64,000 nt of DNA, from assembly GCF_006345805.1 (NCBI RefSeq), contig NC_043021.1, positions 19,406,001 through 19,470,000 of the forward strand, read 5' to 3'. The translations under genes and the position numbers were made by a program. The notes below the pieces were generated by a model, which did no database searches, was not told the DNA's origin, and worked only from the letters and a program-made list of their open reading frames with translations. This DNA comes from Octopus sinensis. Taxonomy: Eukaryota. Positions 1-12,771 of this stretch are shown here, piece by piece (the stretch's first letter is position 1; each line of letters begins with the position of its first letter).

Positions 1-192
1 ATTTTTCTTTTGTTATATTTACTTTACATGAAGTATTACAATGTTACATTCTTTGATTATCTCCCTTGAAAACGTGTTCATCGTTTCCCCGTAACCTATG
101 GTGGCGTTGCTGTTTCCAAAGTTTTTTTTCGTTTCTCTATTAGTAATTTTACTCGTGTATCCATCTTAAAATGAGCTGTTTGGCGGAGGTCT

Positions 193-1105
193 GGGATCTT
201 TTCTTTTTGAAGGCCAGATTTTCCTAGTTAACTAAAAAATTTGAAACTTCGTATACTGGTAGAATGTGTCAAAAGAAAACATTATTGTAAACAAAATTGA
301 AAACAAAATTGTAATTTGTAACTTAAACGTAGTTTAATTTTTACGAATTTTAACCAATGAAATCCCAACATTGCTGTGTTATCGATATTGATAAAGAAAT
401 ATAACAGACGCACGACACACACGACACACACACACACACATTTGCACAAGCACATAGTAATTAATATATAAGCGTACACACACATGCAAACGGACATATA
501 CATACACACACATACGCACACAAGCAAAAATACACGTTCGTGTTTTGCCACTTGCCGCAACAAATTTGCACAGAAGGGGGGGGGGCAATGTTTCATCGTT
601 TCGGGGTCGATAAATTAAGTAACAATTACGCACTGGTGTCGAGGATTTTTTTCCCAATTTATATCACAGCTTCCGACAAGCTGGGGGCATCCTTTTATGA
701 AAAAATATTTCGCAAATTTTTACAATACTACTAACACTCCACGCGCAAACTCGAGACCGATTTAGGCATATTATTGTTTTGTTTTTGTTGTTTCTGGCCC
801 TTCAAAACCATGGGAGAAGCCTTTTCGGTAAAAAGAAAAAGAAAGAAAATATTCAAAAAATATCGTTAATATTTTTTATTGGGCGACGAAATTAATCGAT
901 TTAAGAGATATAGCTGTTATTTCTAGCACATGTAGAAGACTGAAGAAGAGGTAAATAATTTGAGCTCGAATGCTGCGATTTCATTGGTTAAAATTCTTAA
1001 AATTAAACTACGTTTAAGTTACGAATTACAATTTTGTTTTCAATTTTGTTTACAATAATGTTTTCTTTTGACACATTCTACCAGTATACGAAGTTTCAAA
1101 TTTTT
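193..1105. repeat. Inverted pair (about 235-365 and 975-1105) of a diverged relative of the GGATC-TIR element
   Basis: aacttcgtatactggtagaatgtgtcaaaagaaaacattattgtaaacaaaattg and its reverse complement. Confidence 0.7.
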
Positions 1106-1254
1106 GAAAGCCTCATCTAACCTTGAGGCTGATAATTAAATTAACATCAGACTAATTAACTTGGTTTCACAAAATACTGGTCCCTGGGCCCTCCAACATC
1201 GTGTTGTCCATAAACTTATTTTTCTAAGTTTCATCTAACCATAAAGACATTAAG

Positions 1255-2525
1255 ATGTCACAATTCGGATTTATTCCTAACTCCAGCTGTTGTAATCAAC
1301 TCATCGAGTTTCTTGAGGACGTTACCCAAATCACTGATCGCGGATCCTGGGTGGATGTTCTTTACCTGGACTTTGCTAAGGCTTTTTACTCTGTGCCACA
1401 CAAAAGACTTATGGTGAAGCTTTCTGCGTTAGGTGTAAGAGACGAACTCTATAACTGGTTAAAGTCCTTTATTTTCAGCCGAAAAGAGGTTGTCACAGTT
1501 CTAGGACAGCACTCTTCGCCCTATGGGATGACATCTGGTGTACCACAGGGATCTGTTCTTGGCCCCCTTTTATTTGTTGCATATGTTAATGACATAGATG
1601 CCAACTTAAAGAATGCCACAGTGCTGAAATATGCACCTCGAAATAAAGAGGTCAAATCCTACACACTATAGATCTCTATTGCAAGCAGACCTGGACACAA
1701 ATGTACCACCATGCATTTTGGGAGGAGAAACCCAGCGTCCACCTACTCCCTCCACAACACTAGTCTCAAAAAGTCTTCATGTGAACGTGACCTGGGTGTT
1801 ATTGTCGACAGTGATTTGCGTTGGACAAAACACATCGCTAAAATTGTCAAGAAGGCTGAGGGTGTCTTGGCATCACTCACCAAATCCTTTGTAAGCCGCT
1901 CTCCGGCTATCTATCTGCGGCTTTATATAGGTATGGTAAGACCTCACCTGGAATTTGCATCACCGGTCTGGAACCCCTATCTTGCCCAGGACATCAATCG
2001 TCTGGAAGCTGTTCAGCGACGTGCAACCAAAAGAATACCCTCCATCAGTAATCTGCCATATCCTGAACGCCTTACTTCCCTGGGCATGGACACATTGAAA
2101 CTCCGACGTCGGGCAGATGACTTGGCAGACACCCATAAAATTATCAACCATCGCACAAACAATAACTCTGAGCACCTCTTCAAACTCCACCCGTCTAACA
2201 CCCGTGGACATATTTACAAAGTAAGAAAACAGCACAGCTCCCATGACTTCAGGAAACATTTTTTCACGCTGAGAGTTGCTGAAGCATGGAACAAACTGCC
2301 GGCATCGGTTGTTAGTTATCGGAGCACTGCATCCTTCAAAACTTCCATGCTTCCTGAGATTCGCCAACACTACACTTGATTTTCTCCCCTCCATACACAC
2401 ACAAGCATGTATCTGACTCATACATTGTTCGCTTTCCAGACATTTCTACATTACTGCATGTACTTTATTTGCACTTTCTGACAAGTTGTGGTGCACCTGA
2501 GCACTGTATACAATAATTTCATTAT
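1255..2525 (+). mobile_element. CR1-clade LINE relic, 5'-truncated, RT domain broken at the YADD motif
   Basis: YLDFAKAF, SGVPQGSVLGPLLF, ERDLGV, LEAVQRRATK, TRGH..K, WNKLP; a deletion/frameshift near 1630 removes the DD; 3' UTR ending cacctgagcactgta is shared with the 18.4-kb copy. Confidence 0.92.
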
Positions 2526-4181
2526 ATAACAGCAGGTCATGTGTGTGTGTTACGTTTATCGCTATAAGTTTTTTAACGGTTGTGATTTGGGGAAGATTTG
2601 GTTGCTATTTCTAGCAATTTAGTGACTATCTAGAGCAGGCATCGGCAACCATTTTCGAGAAACGCCTTGATGCTTACAAACATTTTTAAAAACGTGGTCC
2701 TGTGAGCCGAGAAATTTTAGCAGCCGTTTCAAGGTGAAGGTCGATTATAAACATCACTGATAGGTACAAATATATCCAGTTTTATTTAGTCAAACCTTAA
2801 TATTTAATTATTAACATATCGAATAAAATATTTATTATAATCTACTAGTTATTTATATATAAAGATATTTAAAATTTGTCGATCATGAAATTAATTACCT
2901 ATATTGATTTATATCTTCTAATCAGTGTTTGTTTAGTCAGATATTTTGTATAATATTGAATGTCTAAATGTGTGTCAGTTAACTCTGGTTTCTCCTCACC
3001 CCGAGCGGATAAATCTTTCGCCTTTTACTAAAGATTTCCGTGGGGAGGAACATTTTAATGAGTCTATAGACTTATTTTTGAAAGCCTCATCTAACCATGA
3101 GGCGATAATTAAATTAACATCAGACTAATTAATTTGGATCACGAACCGGGATCCCCAGTCCCACTAACATTGTTATATTTCTCACGTAAACGGTATATTT
3201 ATCTATTCGTTGTTATAGTCCCCGTCACAACATTACAGCAATATTATATATTGCTTGCTGGCAAAGTGCTTAGCGGCATTTCGGTTGTCTTTGCGTTCCG
3301 CTGATGTCGACTTTGCCTTTCATCCTTTCGGGGTCGATAAATTAAGTACCAGTTACGCACTGGGGTCGATGTAATCGACTTAATCCCTTTGTCGGGAATC
3401 AATGAAATAAATACCAGTTGAATATTGCGATCGATATAATCGACTTGCCCCGAAATTACTGGCCTTGTGTCAAAATTTGAAGTGTGGTAAGTAGCTTGCT
3501 TACCAACCACATGGTTCCGGGTTCAGTCCCACTGCGTGGCGCCATGGGCAAGTGTCTTCTACTATAGCCTCGGGCCAACCAAAGTTTTGTCAGTGCCGCT
3601 GAGCGACACACACACACACACTCTAGCTACGCCACAGTGATCAACGCGACATTAAATGATTTTAAAATATACTTGCTCAAGATGACGAGAAGTGGAATCG
3701 AACACCGTGGCTAGGAAGCAAGCTTCTTTACCACTTACCACATGTCCGCTCCCTTAGAAGTTATTTTCTTTCTTTCAGAAGAACCAAACGAAATAAACCA
3801 CATTACATAACAGAAATTGATTCTCAAAAACAAAACAAAATTTTTTTTTCAAAAACTAACATTTGGTAAGTCTGTAACTCGGAATTCTCAAATTCTTTCT
3901 TTTCTAGATTTCGGTCGACGTCCCACACGGAATTTATAGGTCAAAATATGGATCAGGTATCGTTGATAAAAATCTGAAATGTTCGAGAAGTTTTTTCAAA
4001 TATCAGTCGAGTTTCTGCAACTCGTCAAAAGGCAAAGTTTCACGTTGAAAACTAAACGAACTTCTCCGACGATTTATTAGATTCTCAAAAGAAACCATCT
4101 GTCGAAAAAACTGCATCGATCAAAGCCATTTAACCATCTTCCTGCCAAATTTCAATTGAAATGCGTTGCCTTTATTTTTCT

Positions 4182-4563
4182 CTCTTTTACTTGTTTCCGT
4201 CGTTTGACTGCGGCCATGCTGGAGCACCGCCTTTAGTCTAGGAAATCAACTCCAGGACCTATTCTTTATAAGCCCAGTACTTATTCTATCGGTTCTCTTT
4301 TGCCGAACCGGTAAGTTACGGGGGATGTAAACACACCAGCATCGGTTTTCAAGCGATGGGGGGGGGGGCACAGACATACACAAACACACACACATATATA
4401 TACATATACATATATACGACGGGCTTCTTTCAGTTTCTGTCTACCAAATCCACTCACAAGGCTTTGGTCGGCTCGAGGCTATAGTAGAAGACACTTGCCC
4501 GAGGTGCCACGCAGTGAGACTGAACCCGGAAACATGTGGTTGGTAAGCAAGCTACTTACCACT
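4182..4563 (-). mobile_element. tRNA-derived SINE family 1
   Basis: Head TGGCTGTGTGG / GGTTCAGTCCC (A/B-box-like), central (TA)(TG) tract, tail GACTGAAACAAGTAAAAGAG. More than 25 copies or fragments in the window. Confidence 0.85.
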
Positions 4564-5038
4564 CAAGTTAATTTTTTTTATCTTTTACTTGTTTCAGGCA
4601 TTAGACTGCAGCCATACTGGAGCACCGCCTTGAAATCGAATGAATCGATCCAAGCACTTAAAGCCTGGTTCTTATTCTATAGGTGTCTTTTGCCGAACCG
4701 CTAAGTTATGGGAACATCAGCAAATATTTCTTGAGACTTGGTTGTCAAGTAATGGTGTGGCACAAACACTGACATAGAGACACACACACACACACACACA
4801 TATATACGACTGGTTTCTTTCAGTTTCCGTCTACCAAATCCACTCACAAGGCTTTGGCCAGCCCGAGACTATAGTAGAAGACACTTGCCCAAGTGTCACA
4901 CAGTGGGACTGAAACCACAATAATATGGCTACAAAGTAAGCTTCTTACCACACAGCCACGCCCGCTAATTTTGAAAATAAGGAGGAAGTTAGTTAAATAA
5001 TTTTGTCAGTATTAAGTTGATGTTTGAAACATAAATTT

Positions 5039-5446
5039 GCAGGAGTGGCTGTGTGGTAAGTAGCTTGCTCACGAACCACATGGTTCCGGGTTCAGTCCCA
5101 CTGCGCGGCACCTTGGGCAAGTGTCTTCTGCTATAGCCCCGGGCCGACCAAAGCCTTGTGAGTGGATTTGGTAGACGGAAACTGAAAAGAAGCCCGTCGT
5201 ATATATGTATATATATATGTATGTGTGTGTTTGTGTGTCTGTGTGTGTGTGTTTGTGTCGGTCCCCCCAACATCGCTTGACAACCGATGCTGGTGTGTTT
5301 ACGTCCCCGTCACCTAGCGGTCCGGCAAAAGAGACCGATGGAATAAGTAGTAGGCTTACAAAGAATAAGTCCTGGGGTCGATTTACTCGACTAAAGGCGG
5401 TGCTCCAGCATGGCCACAGTCAAATGACTGAAACAAGTAAAAGAGT
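5039..5446 (+). mobile_element. tRNA-derived SINE family 1
   Basis: Full-length copy. Confidence 0.9.
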
Positions 5447-6947
5447 ATGATTTATTATTATCATTATCATTGGAATATTTTAATTGAAATCACTTTGAAA
5501 TAGGATGTTCAAATCATAGAACCAGAGGCGGTTTCAGGCAGATTGGTACCAAAACGGTTAAGCAACCCATAAGCTTGCTTCCCTACCACATTATTCCGGG
5601 TTCACTCTTACAGCGTGGTACCTTGGACAAGTGTCTTCTGCTTGTCTATAGCCTGGGGCGACCAGCGCTTTGTGAGTGGATGAATTTGACGGCGGAAACT
5701 GAAAAAAGCCTGTCGTGTATGTATATATATATAAATATACACACACACGTGTGTGTGCGAGTGTCTTTGTATTTGTCCCTCACCACTGCTTGACAGCCAG
5801 TGTTGGTCTGTTTACGTCCGTGTGCTGCAAGAGGAAAGAGTACAGCAGAAGTTCGCCATTACCTTCTGGCGGAGCCGCGTGGAGCTTAGGTGTTTCGCTC
5901 ATAGACACACACATCGCCCGGTCTGAGATTCGAACCGGCGAGTCCACTGCTCTAACCACTAGGCCATGTGCCTCCACATGCCCTTAAGTAACGACAGTGA
6001 AATAATCTTTGAATCTATGTAACGAAAACCTAAATCACGGACGAGGCTGCTGTTTTCTTAACGACATTTTAAACGAGTCATTGGAGAGAAGTTGATAAAG
6101 TCTCAAGAAATATTTGATGTTCCTGTTATGTGATAGCCAATATGGGAAAAACTGCTTCCAAACACAGCTTCTACAATATCACACCTCACCTACATACTAA
6201 TACAGCTTTTTTAACTGACGCCAGTCGCTGAAATTGGGTGAGGCATTCAATATGGTCGATCATGAAGTCGTATATCACAGGCCACGTGATCTCGATACGA
6301 TAAGAGAACGAGGTAAAATGGTGGTGTGATGTTTCAAACGGTTTGACGCAAATACTTGCGGCCAATAAGGTTTCTTTTCTGCGAAGTCAAAAACACGCCG
6401 TAAAATGCACCAGGGAATTGTTTTTGAACCATAACTATTTGTAATAGTTCTTGCAGTTCTCTTCAGGAAATCAAAACTGCCATTCTAACGAGCAAAACCG
6501 ATAACAAGCGAATATCCTGTCAAACAAATTCTACAAATGGCAATAAAACCGAGCAATTTGTTATTGATGGTGTTAACACGAAACTTTTCAAAAACAAAAT
6601 GAAATCTAAGCCGTTCAAATGTCGATTAAGATTTGAAGTTGCAAAAATATAATCTCAAAATTGAAATTCATTTGAAATAAATAAATTCATAGTCGGAACT
6701 TTTTTTCCTCATGAATCGACGTAGCATAAAGTGTAAACATGTCGTGTGAACATTCAAATATCATCATTATATTTCCAAATCCTGTTACATTTCACATGGA
6801 GATTTCTGTCCTCTTAAGTCATCTTGGTGCATAAGTAGACCCACATTTTTTGGCTGTAAACTTTGGTCTGAAAAATTCGACGTGTATGCTAGAAAATATG
6901 GTACACATTCTTCCTCATATATGTTCTTACGAGCACATGTCACATGT

Positions 6948-7218
6948 GGAGGAGCAATGGCCCAGTGGTTAGGGCAGCGGACTCGCGGTCGGAGGATCGC
7001 GGTTTATTGAGCGAAAACACCTAAAAGCTCCACGAGGCTCCGGTGGCAGGGGGTGGTGGCGACCCCTGTTGTACTCTTTCTACCCAACTTTCTCTCACTC
7101 TTTCTTCCTGTTTCTTGAGTAACGCTGCGATGGACTGGCGTCCCGTCCAGCTGGGGGGAACACGGAAACCTGGCCCATGAGCCTGAGTAGGCTTGAAAAA
7201 GGCGCATAAATAAATAAA
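6948..7218 (+). mobile_element. SINE with family-3 head and tail type 1 (CTGCGATGGACTGGCGTCCCGTCCAG)
   Basis: Headless relative at 36930-37155. Confidence 0.8.
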
Positions 7219-7879
7219 AACATGTACATGTACGTTCTCTCAAACCTACATCATCATCATTTAACGTCTGCCTTCCATGCTGGCATGGGTGGGACGGTTT
7301 GACAGGAGCTGTCCAGGCAGAAGCCTGCACCAGACTTTTGTAATTATTTTGGCAGGATTTTTACAGCTGGATGCCCTTCCTAATACCAACCATCCAACAG
7401 AGTGAACTTAGTGCTTTTTACGTGGCACAAGCACAGGCGAGGTCAGTTTTGGCAAGGTTTTTTTTACAGCTGGTTGCCCTTCCAAATGCCAACCACTTCA
7501 CAGTGTGTACTGGATGGTTTTTATGTGGCACCTGCACTGGCAGGATCAGCAAAGTGACTTTGCCAGACAAAGAGTCTTTGAGAGGGAAGGGGGCATTGGA
7601 GGAGGTGATCTTGTGTCAAATGATAAAAGGTTATAGTGAGACAGAAACAGGTGTCTTGCTGTAGCGGAGGTACAAGGTTACCCGGCGAGAGAGAGAGAGA
7701 GAGATCAGGAATGAAGACAGAAACAGATGTGCGGCCGCAAAGGTGATACATGGTTACCCAACCTGATGAAAGTGCAGAAGAAGAGAGAGAGAGTGGGAAA
7801 TACGGTGTGTATAGGTTTGGGAGAATGTGTATATGAAAGAATTTGTACCGCATATAAGTCGACGTAGTATATAATGTAA

Positions 7880-8110
7880 GGCGGCGAGCTGGCAGAAACG
7901 TTAGCACGCCGGGCGAAATTCTTACCGGTATTTCGTCTGCTGCTACGTTCTGAGTTCAAATTCCGCCGAGGTCGACTTTGTCTTTCATCCTTTCGGGGTC
8001 GATTAAATAAGGACCAGTTACGCACTGGGGTCGATATAATCGACTTAATCCGTTTGTCTGTCCTTGTTTGTCCCCTCTATGTTTAGCCCCTTGTAGGCAG
8101 TAAAGAAATA
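7880..8110 (+). mobile_element. tRNA-derived SINE family 2 (GGCGGCGAGCTGGCAGAA...GAGTTCAAATTCC...GTCGACTTTGCCTTTCATCC)
   Basis: Full-length. Other copies near 3258, 19770, 24580, 36065, 43515, 45974, 48009, 48240, 48390 and 53105. Confidence 0.88.
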
Positions 8111-8804
8111 AGTATATAATGTAAACATGTAGTCTAAACATTCAAACATTGTTGCTTTATTTCCAAATCCTGCTGCATTCCACATTCTTGTTCCATTTTT
8201 GAAATGGGACAAGAACGCAAAACATCCAGGCAGTTAGGTGAAACAAAAAAAAGGTGGGGACAACAATATATCCAGATCGATAACACAAGGAAAACAAAGA
8301 CGGATCATTCGCAGTTTTCTATCCTAAGTCGAGTTCCAGATTATCTTTGCAATTTCGGCTGGTTATACTCGAGATTGCTCTAATCTGACCAGCCCCAAGG
8401 AAAAAATAAGCTAAGAGCATTACATTCATTGGAAGAAAGCAGCGAATGTATACGAAAACAAGGAAGGAAAAAACGGAGAATGTTACACAAATACAAATAA
8501 CATGACGTAACAACAAGTGTCTTTCGAGTAAGGACGAATTTAATTAAGCTGGCGTCTGTGGAAGTAAAGCCTTACGGCAGGGACATAAGATTTAACAAGC
8601 ACAGGAAGGAATATAGATGTTGTACGGACAGTAGTCCAACCAAGAAAGAAAGGTCAGGCCTGGCCGAACACTGGTCACGTGGAGAGAGAAGAGAGAGAGA
8701 GGTAGAGGCAGAGGGATAGAAGAATTAAGGAGGGGCGACGGAAAAAAATGAAAGAGACACAGTGAAGTGAAAGAGGGAAAGTGAGCATGAAGAGAAGGCC
8801 AGGA

Positions 8805-8872
8805 AATTATGTATGTATGTATGTATGTATGTATGTATGTATGTATGTATGTATATGCATGTGTGTGTGTGT

Positions 8873-8903
<31 letters not shown>

Positions 8904-9064
8904 ATATATATATATATGTGTGGGGGGGGGGGGTGTTTGTGTCAATTTGTGTGTGTGTGTGGGGTGGGGGGGTGGGGGGTGTTTGTGTCAATTTGTGTGT
9001 GTGTGTGTGTGTATGTGTATGTAAACACACACACACATACAGATTGACAGACAGACAGACAGAC

Positions 9065-9131
<67 letters not shown>

Positions 9132-9150
9132 CAAACAGACAGACAGAGGA
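8805..9150. repeat. Compound microsatellite (ATGT)n-(TA)n-(TG)n-G runs-(GATA)n
   Basis: Visible directly; includes a ~50-bp G-run direct repeat. Confidence 0.95.
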
Positions 9151-9447
9151 AATATTTGGTATTAAACGTAGACATTATAATATTACATCTGGGAGAGACA
9201 TGAAGGAAAAATCTAGTGCGGAGAAGAGGAGAAAACTTTGACACGATGAGCCAGGGTGAGAAGATAATACTATAATGGCGACAGATTAAATTGTGACATT
9301 ACGACTTTAGATGTTTCGATGTGTTTTAAATGCAGTGTAGCAGGAAATTAGATATATTGTATGGAAGAGACGTGGAAACATGTAATTCTTGTAAATTACG
9401 TCTGGTTATACTGTTGAGTAAGATTCAAATTAAATATATTTGATGTA

Positions 9448-9486
<39 letters not shown>

Positions 9487-9537
9487 TTAGAACAAAGACT
9501 CATACATACATACATACATACATACATACATACATAC

Positions 9538-10215
9538 ATGATGATGATGATGATGATGACGGCTGCCCCCTCGTTCTCGAGTATGGCCATTGCACGAAGC
9601 TTAACTGTTACTGGTGCTGTGATCGAATGTGACTTTTTAGCCCAGCTAAAGATCTACAATGTCTTGTACAGAACTGGCAGCTAAAACCTTTACCGGTAAT
9701 AGCCGGCTGTATTTGTGACTGGGCTTCATGTACCTTTGCATGTTGTTTAAGTCCTCCTGCCGAATTACACTCTCTTCCACATGCCCGACAGAAATGATTA
9801 GTATGGTGTGTTACACCACCACCAGTGGCCAGGTTGTCACTCATCTGTCTCGTTTATGACTACGAAGATGACTCTTGAGTCCAGCTTTACTGAGGCAGGG
9901 TCTTGCACAGACATTGCATGTCAGAATCAAAGGAAGACCCTTCACTTCTGGAAGTGTAACAGCGATGCCCTTCCTGACATCCCTCCTTACTTTCTCATGT
10001 GCAACTCGAGATTTCTCAAAAGTAGCTGTCCCCTCGTGCACAATCCTGCTCCACCTGCTACGATCAATAGCTATGTCTTCCCATGTGTCAGGAGAGATGC
10101 AAGCATCTCTTAAGGAAGTCTTCAGCAAGTCCTTATACCTCTTTTTTGGTTTATGTGGAGGCCGTTTTTCCCCTAAGCTAACTCTCCATAAAAGAGTTAC
10201 ATACATACATATAGG
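9538..10215 (-). mobile_element. RTE-clade LINE 3' relic with three C2H2-like motifs and (ATC)n tail
   Basis: PKKRYKDLLKTSL...TWEDIAIDRSRW; CxxC..H..H motifs in two frames (9841-10257 and 9608-9844). Confidence 0.85.
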
Positions 10216-10591
10216 CGCAGGCGTGGCTGCGTTGCAAGAAGCTTGCTCCCCAACCACATAGTTCTGGGTTCAGTCCCACTGCATGGTATTTGGGTATGTG
10301 TCTTCTACTATAGCCTCAAACTAACCAAAGACTTGTGAGTGGATTTGCTAGGCGGAAACTGAAAGAATTCAGATATATATGTATGTGTGTGTGTGTTTGT
10401 TTCCCTAGCATTGCTTGGCAACTGATGCTGGTGTGTTTACGTCCCCGTCACTTAGCGGTTCGGCAAAAGAGACCGATAGAATAAGTACTAGGCTTACAAA
10501 GAATAAGTCCCGGGGTCGAGTTGCTCGACTAAAGGCGGTGCTCCAGCATGGCCGCAGTCAAATGACTGAAACAAGTAAAAGAGTAAAGAGT
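10213..10591 (+). mobile_element. tRNA-derived SINE family 1
   Basis: Full-length copy. Confidence 0.88.
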
Positions 10592-11062
10592 AAAGGCTGT
10601 GCACTGAGTCAATCCCACTCACTAAGCAACAGCAGCCTTAATCCGAAAAGAAGAACAAGTCAACATCATCGGTAACCACTGAGCCGCAGGTTTTATGTCG
10701 GAGTTATCCCAGTTACCTGAGTTACCTTCTCCTAGAAGAATGCCCTAACAAAGGCTAGGAGTCCTTCACTCCCAATGGTTTAACAGCGCGATCGGGTATT
10801 CAGTCCGATTATTTCTATGTCCCCACGCATGATACAGCCTTAAGACATTTATTGGATGGCCGTTGACTCTCAAGAGTTCCTCCGCCCTTTGACGGGTTTT
10901 GTTTTTCATCCCGCAGGGTGTCCAATAAATACCCTCCTCACCAAGCAAGCTTGGTGGGGTTGCCGGTTTAGTCGCCGACGACCCGACCATGCAACAGGTT
11001 GTACTGGGTTACATGTTACCAGTAGCACCCGAACGTGACCTGACACAAACACATACATACAT

Positions 11063-11093
<31 letters not shown>

Positions 11094-11325
11094 TACACAC
11101 ATACACACACACACATACATACACACACACACACAAACCCGCTCTGTTTGTCTCCACTAAATTCCACTCACAAAAATATTGGCCACCAAAATATTGTCTC
11201 AGTGGGATCGAACCTGGAACGGTGTGGTTACGAAGCGAACTTCTTAACCACTTACTATGTACACGACAGGCCTATTTTGTACACAGTGGAGGGGTAATGG
11301 CCCAGTGGTTAGGGCAGCGGACTTC

Positions 11326-11420
11326 TTGAAATGCAATAGATCGATACTAGGGTTATAATTATGGGTGACAATTTCATATGACACCGCTAGAAAAAACTGC
11401 CGTTCAAACCGAAAAGATCC
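11326..11420 (-). mobile_element. GGATC-TIR element end fragment
   Basis: Reverse complement of the element's left end; another end fragment lies at 14395-14500. Confidence 0.75.
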
Positions 11421-11536
11421 AGAAAATTCCTTTTTATTAAAAAAAATCTTTTATATTTCCAATTTCTTGCTTCTTTCCCTCGTCCCCTGGTCCCACACTA
11501 CAAGATTATTTTTTTAGAGCAAGTGATATATACTTA

Positions 11537-11937
11537 ACTAGCAGTATCGCCCGGCGTTGCTCGGGTTTGTAAGGGAAATAACTAAATAAGCATTTTTAGA
11601 GAGTTATAGCCAAAAGGTAGCAAAAAAATGCATTAAAAATGGAAAAAAAAATGATGGTAAATTTTTTTTTTAATCGTTGACTCATCGTAGACATTTTTAG
11701 AGAGTTACTTCCCTTATATAATAGCCAAAAAATGCATTAAAATGGAAAAAATAATGGTAATTTTTTTTTTTAAATCGTAGACTCATCGTAGACGCGCGCT
11801 AATACCCAGAAGGGCTCGATATGAATGACGACTATAAGATACCCGGTTTTGGTTAAACTACACAGCAAAATGTGGGAGTAGTTAGGAATCTAAATCGTAG
11901 GAGACAGATACACAACTTGACTATTATATATAAAGAT
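11537..11937 (+). mobile_element. Non-autonomous Helitron-like element (ACTAGC...hairpin...TATATATAAAGAT)
   Basis: Starts actagcagtatcgcccggcgttgctcggg; no TIR or TSD; sits in TA tracts. Resembles Lep1-type Helitrons (inference). Confidence 0.7.
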
Positions 11938-12206
11938 AAGTAATGTATATTTTAAATATATAGTCAATGACTTCTAAGTTGAAGGATTAAACGATTTTGA
12001 AGTCAATGATATTATTTAAGTATTTGTTTTGTAAATCACAAAAAGATAAAAACCGAAAAACGACCTGTGATTCGAACTTGGTAAGTGAAGGGGAGTAACT
12101 GTGCGCGCTGAGATTTTGCCGATCTTAATCACTCCAACACCACTGCTGCCAACATTTTTATCCGCTTAAGAAACAGATTAATTAATGAATAATTAAATTT
12201 TAATTA

Positions 12207-12390
12207 GGATCTTTTCGGTTTGAACGGCAGTTTTTTCTAGCGGTGTCATATTTTACAAACTATAGAATTTTCTCAATAAAACCAAGAGAAAAAGATGTTT
12301 TATAAACACATTCTACCAGTATACGAAGTTTAAAATTTTTTAGTTACCTAGAAATTATGCTAAAAACTGCCGTTCAAACCGAAAAGATCC
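12207..12390 (+). mobile_element. Internally deleted copy of the GGATC-TIR element
   Basis: Both TIRs present; flanks tttaatta / tttagtta (7/8 match, TSD). Confidence 0.85.
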
Positions 12391-12498
12391 TTTAGTTACG
12401 ATCGAGAAAGTAAAATAAAAGCAGTTTCTAAAATTATTCATAAGCGCCATTTATTTAAACTTAAAAGACAAAACTGCACAATAAAGGTAGGCAACTCT

Positions 12499-12551
12499 TG
12501 TAAACACACGTGCGTTGTCATGGTAACTGTATACGATATTCGGTATATAAA
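12499..12551 (+). promoter_or_regulatory. Candidate DNAH2 promoter: forkhead site TGTAAACA (12499-12506), E-box CACGTG (12507-12512), RFX X-box GTTGTCATGGTAAC (12514-12527), TATA TATATAAA (12544-12551)
   Basis: Four motifs packed in 53 bp of non-repetitive DNA. The X-box is close to the GTTGCCATGGCAAC consensus; RFX plus FOXJ1 control of motile-cilia genes is established. Confidence 0.65.
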
Positions 12552-12574
12552 AACCATGTTTCTTTATCGTCTGT

Positions 12575-12771
12575 TCTCAACGAATTAATGTGTGAGTCTG
12601 AAAGTACTTTTTTTCTTTTCGAAATTCACTTATATTTCTTTAGACATGTTGTTGCTTGTTTCCATTGTAATTTATATTGTTAAATTAAACTTTGTTGTTT
12701 TACAAAAACAATGCAACTTTTTCTTGCCAATGGTAACTTTTGCACCACGCAACAAACACTGAGTCAACAAG
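12575..12771 (+). other. DNAH2: Candidate non-coding first exon of DNAH2 (start inferred about 30 nt after TATA)
   Basis: Donor CAAG|gtaatg at 12772; second X-box-like CTTGCCAATGGTAAC at 12723-12737. The ATG exon at 20669 has an acceptor, so an upstream exon must exist. Confidence 0.45.

Noticed and set aside
1255-2379. CR1 RT as an active or domesticated gene
   Set aside because: 5'-truncated, catalytic YADD destroyed, frameshifted.
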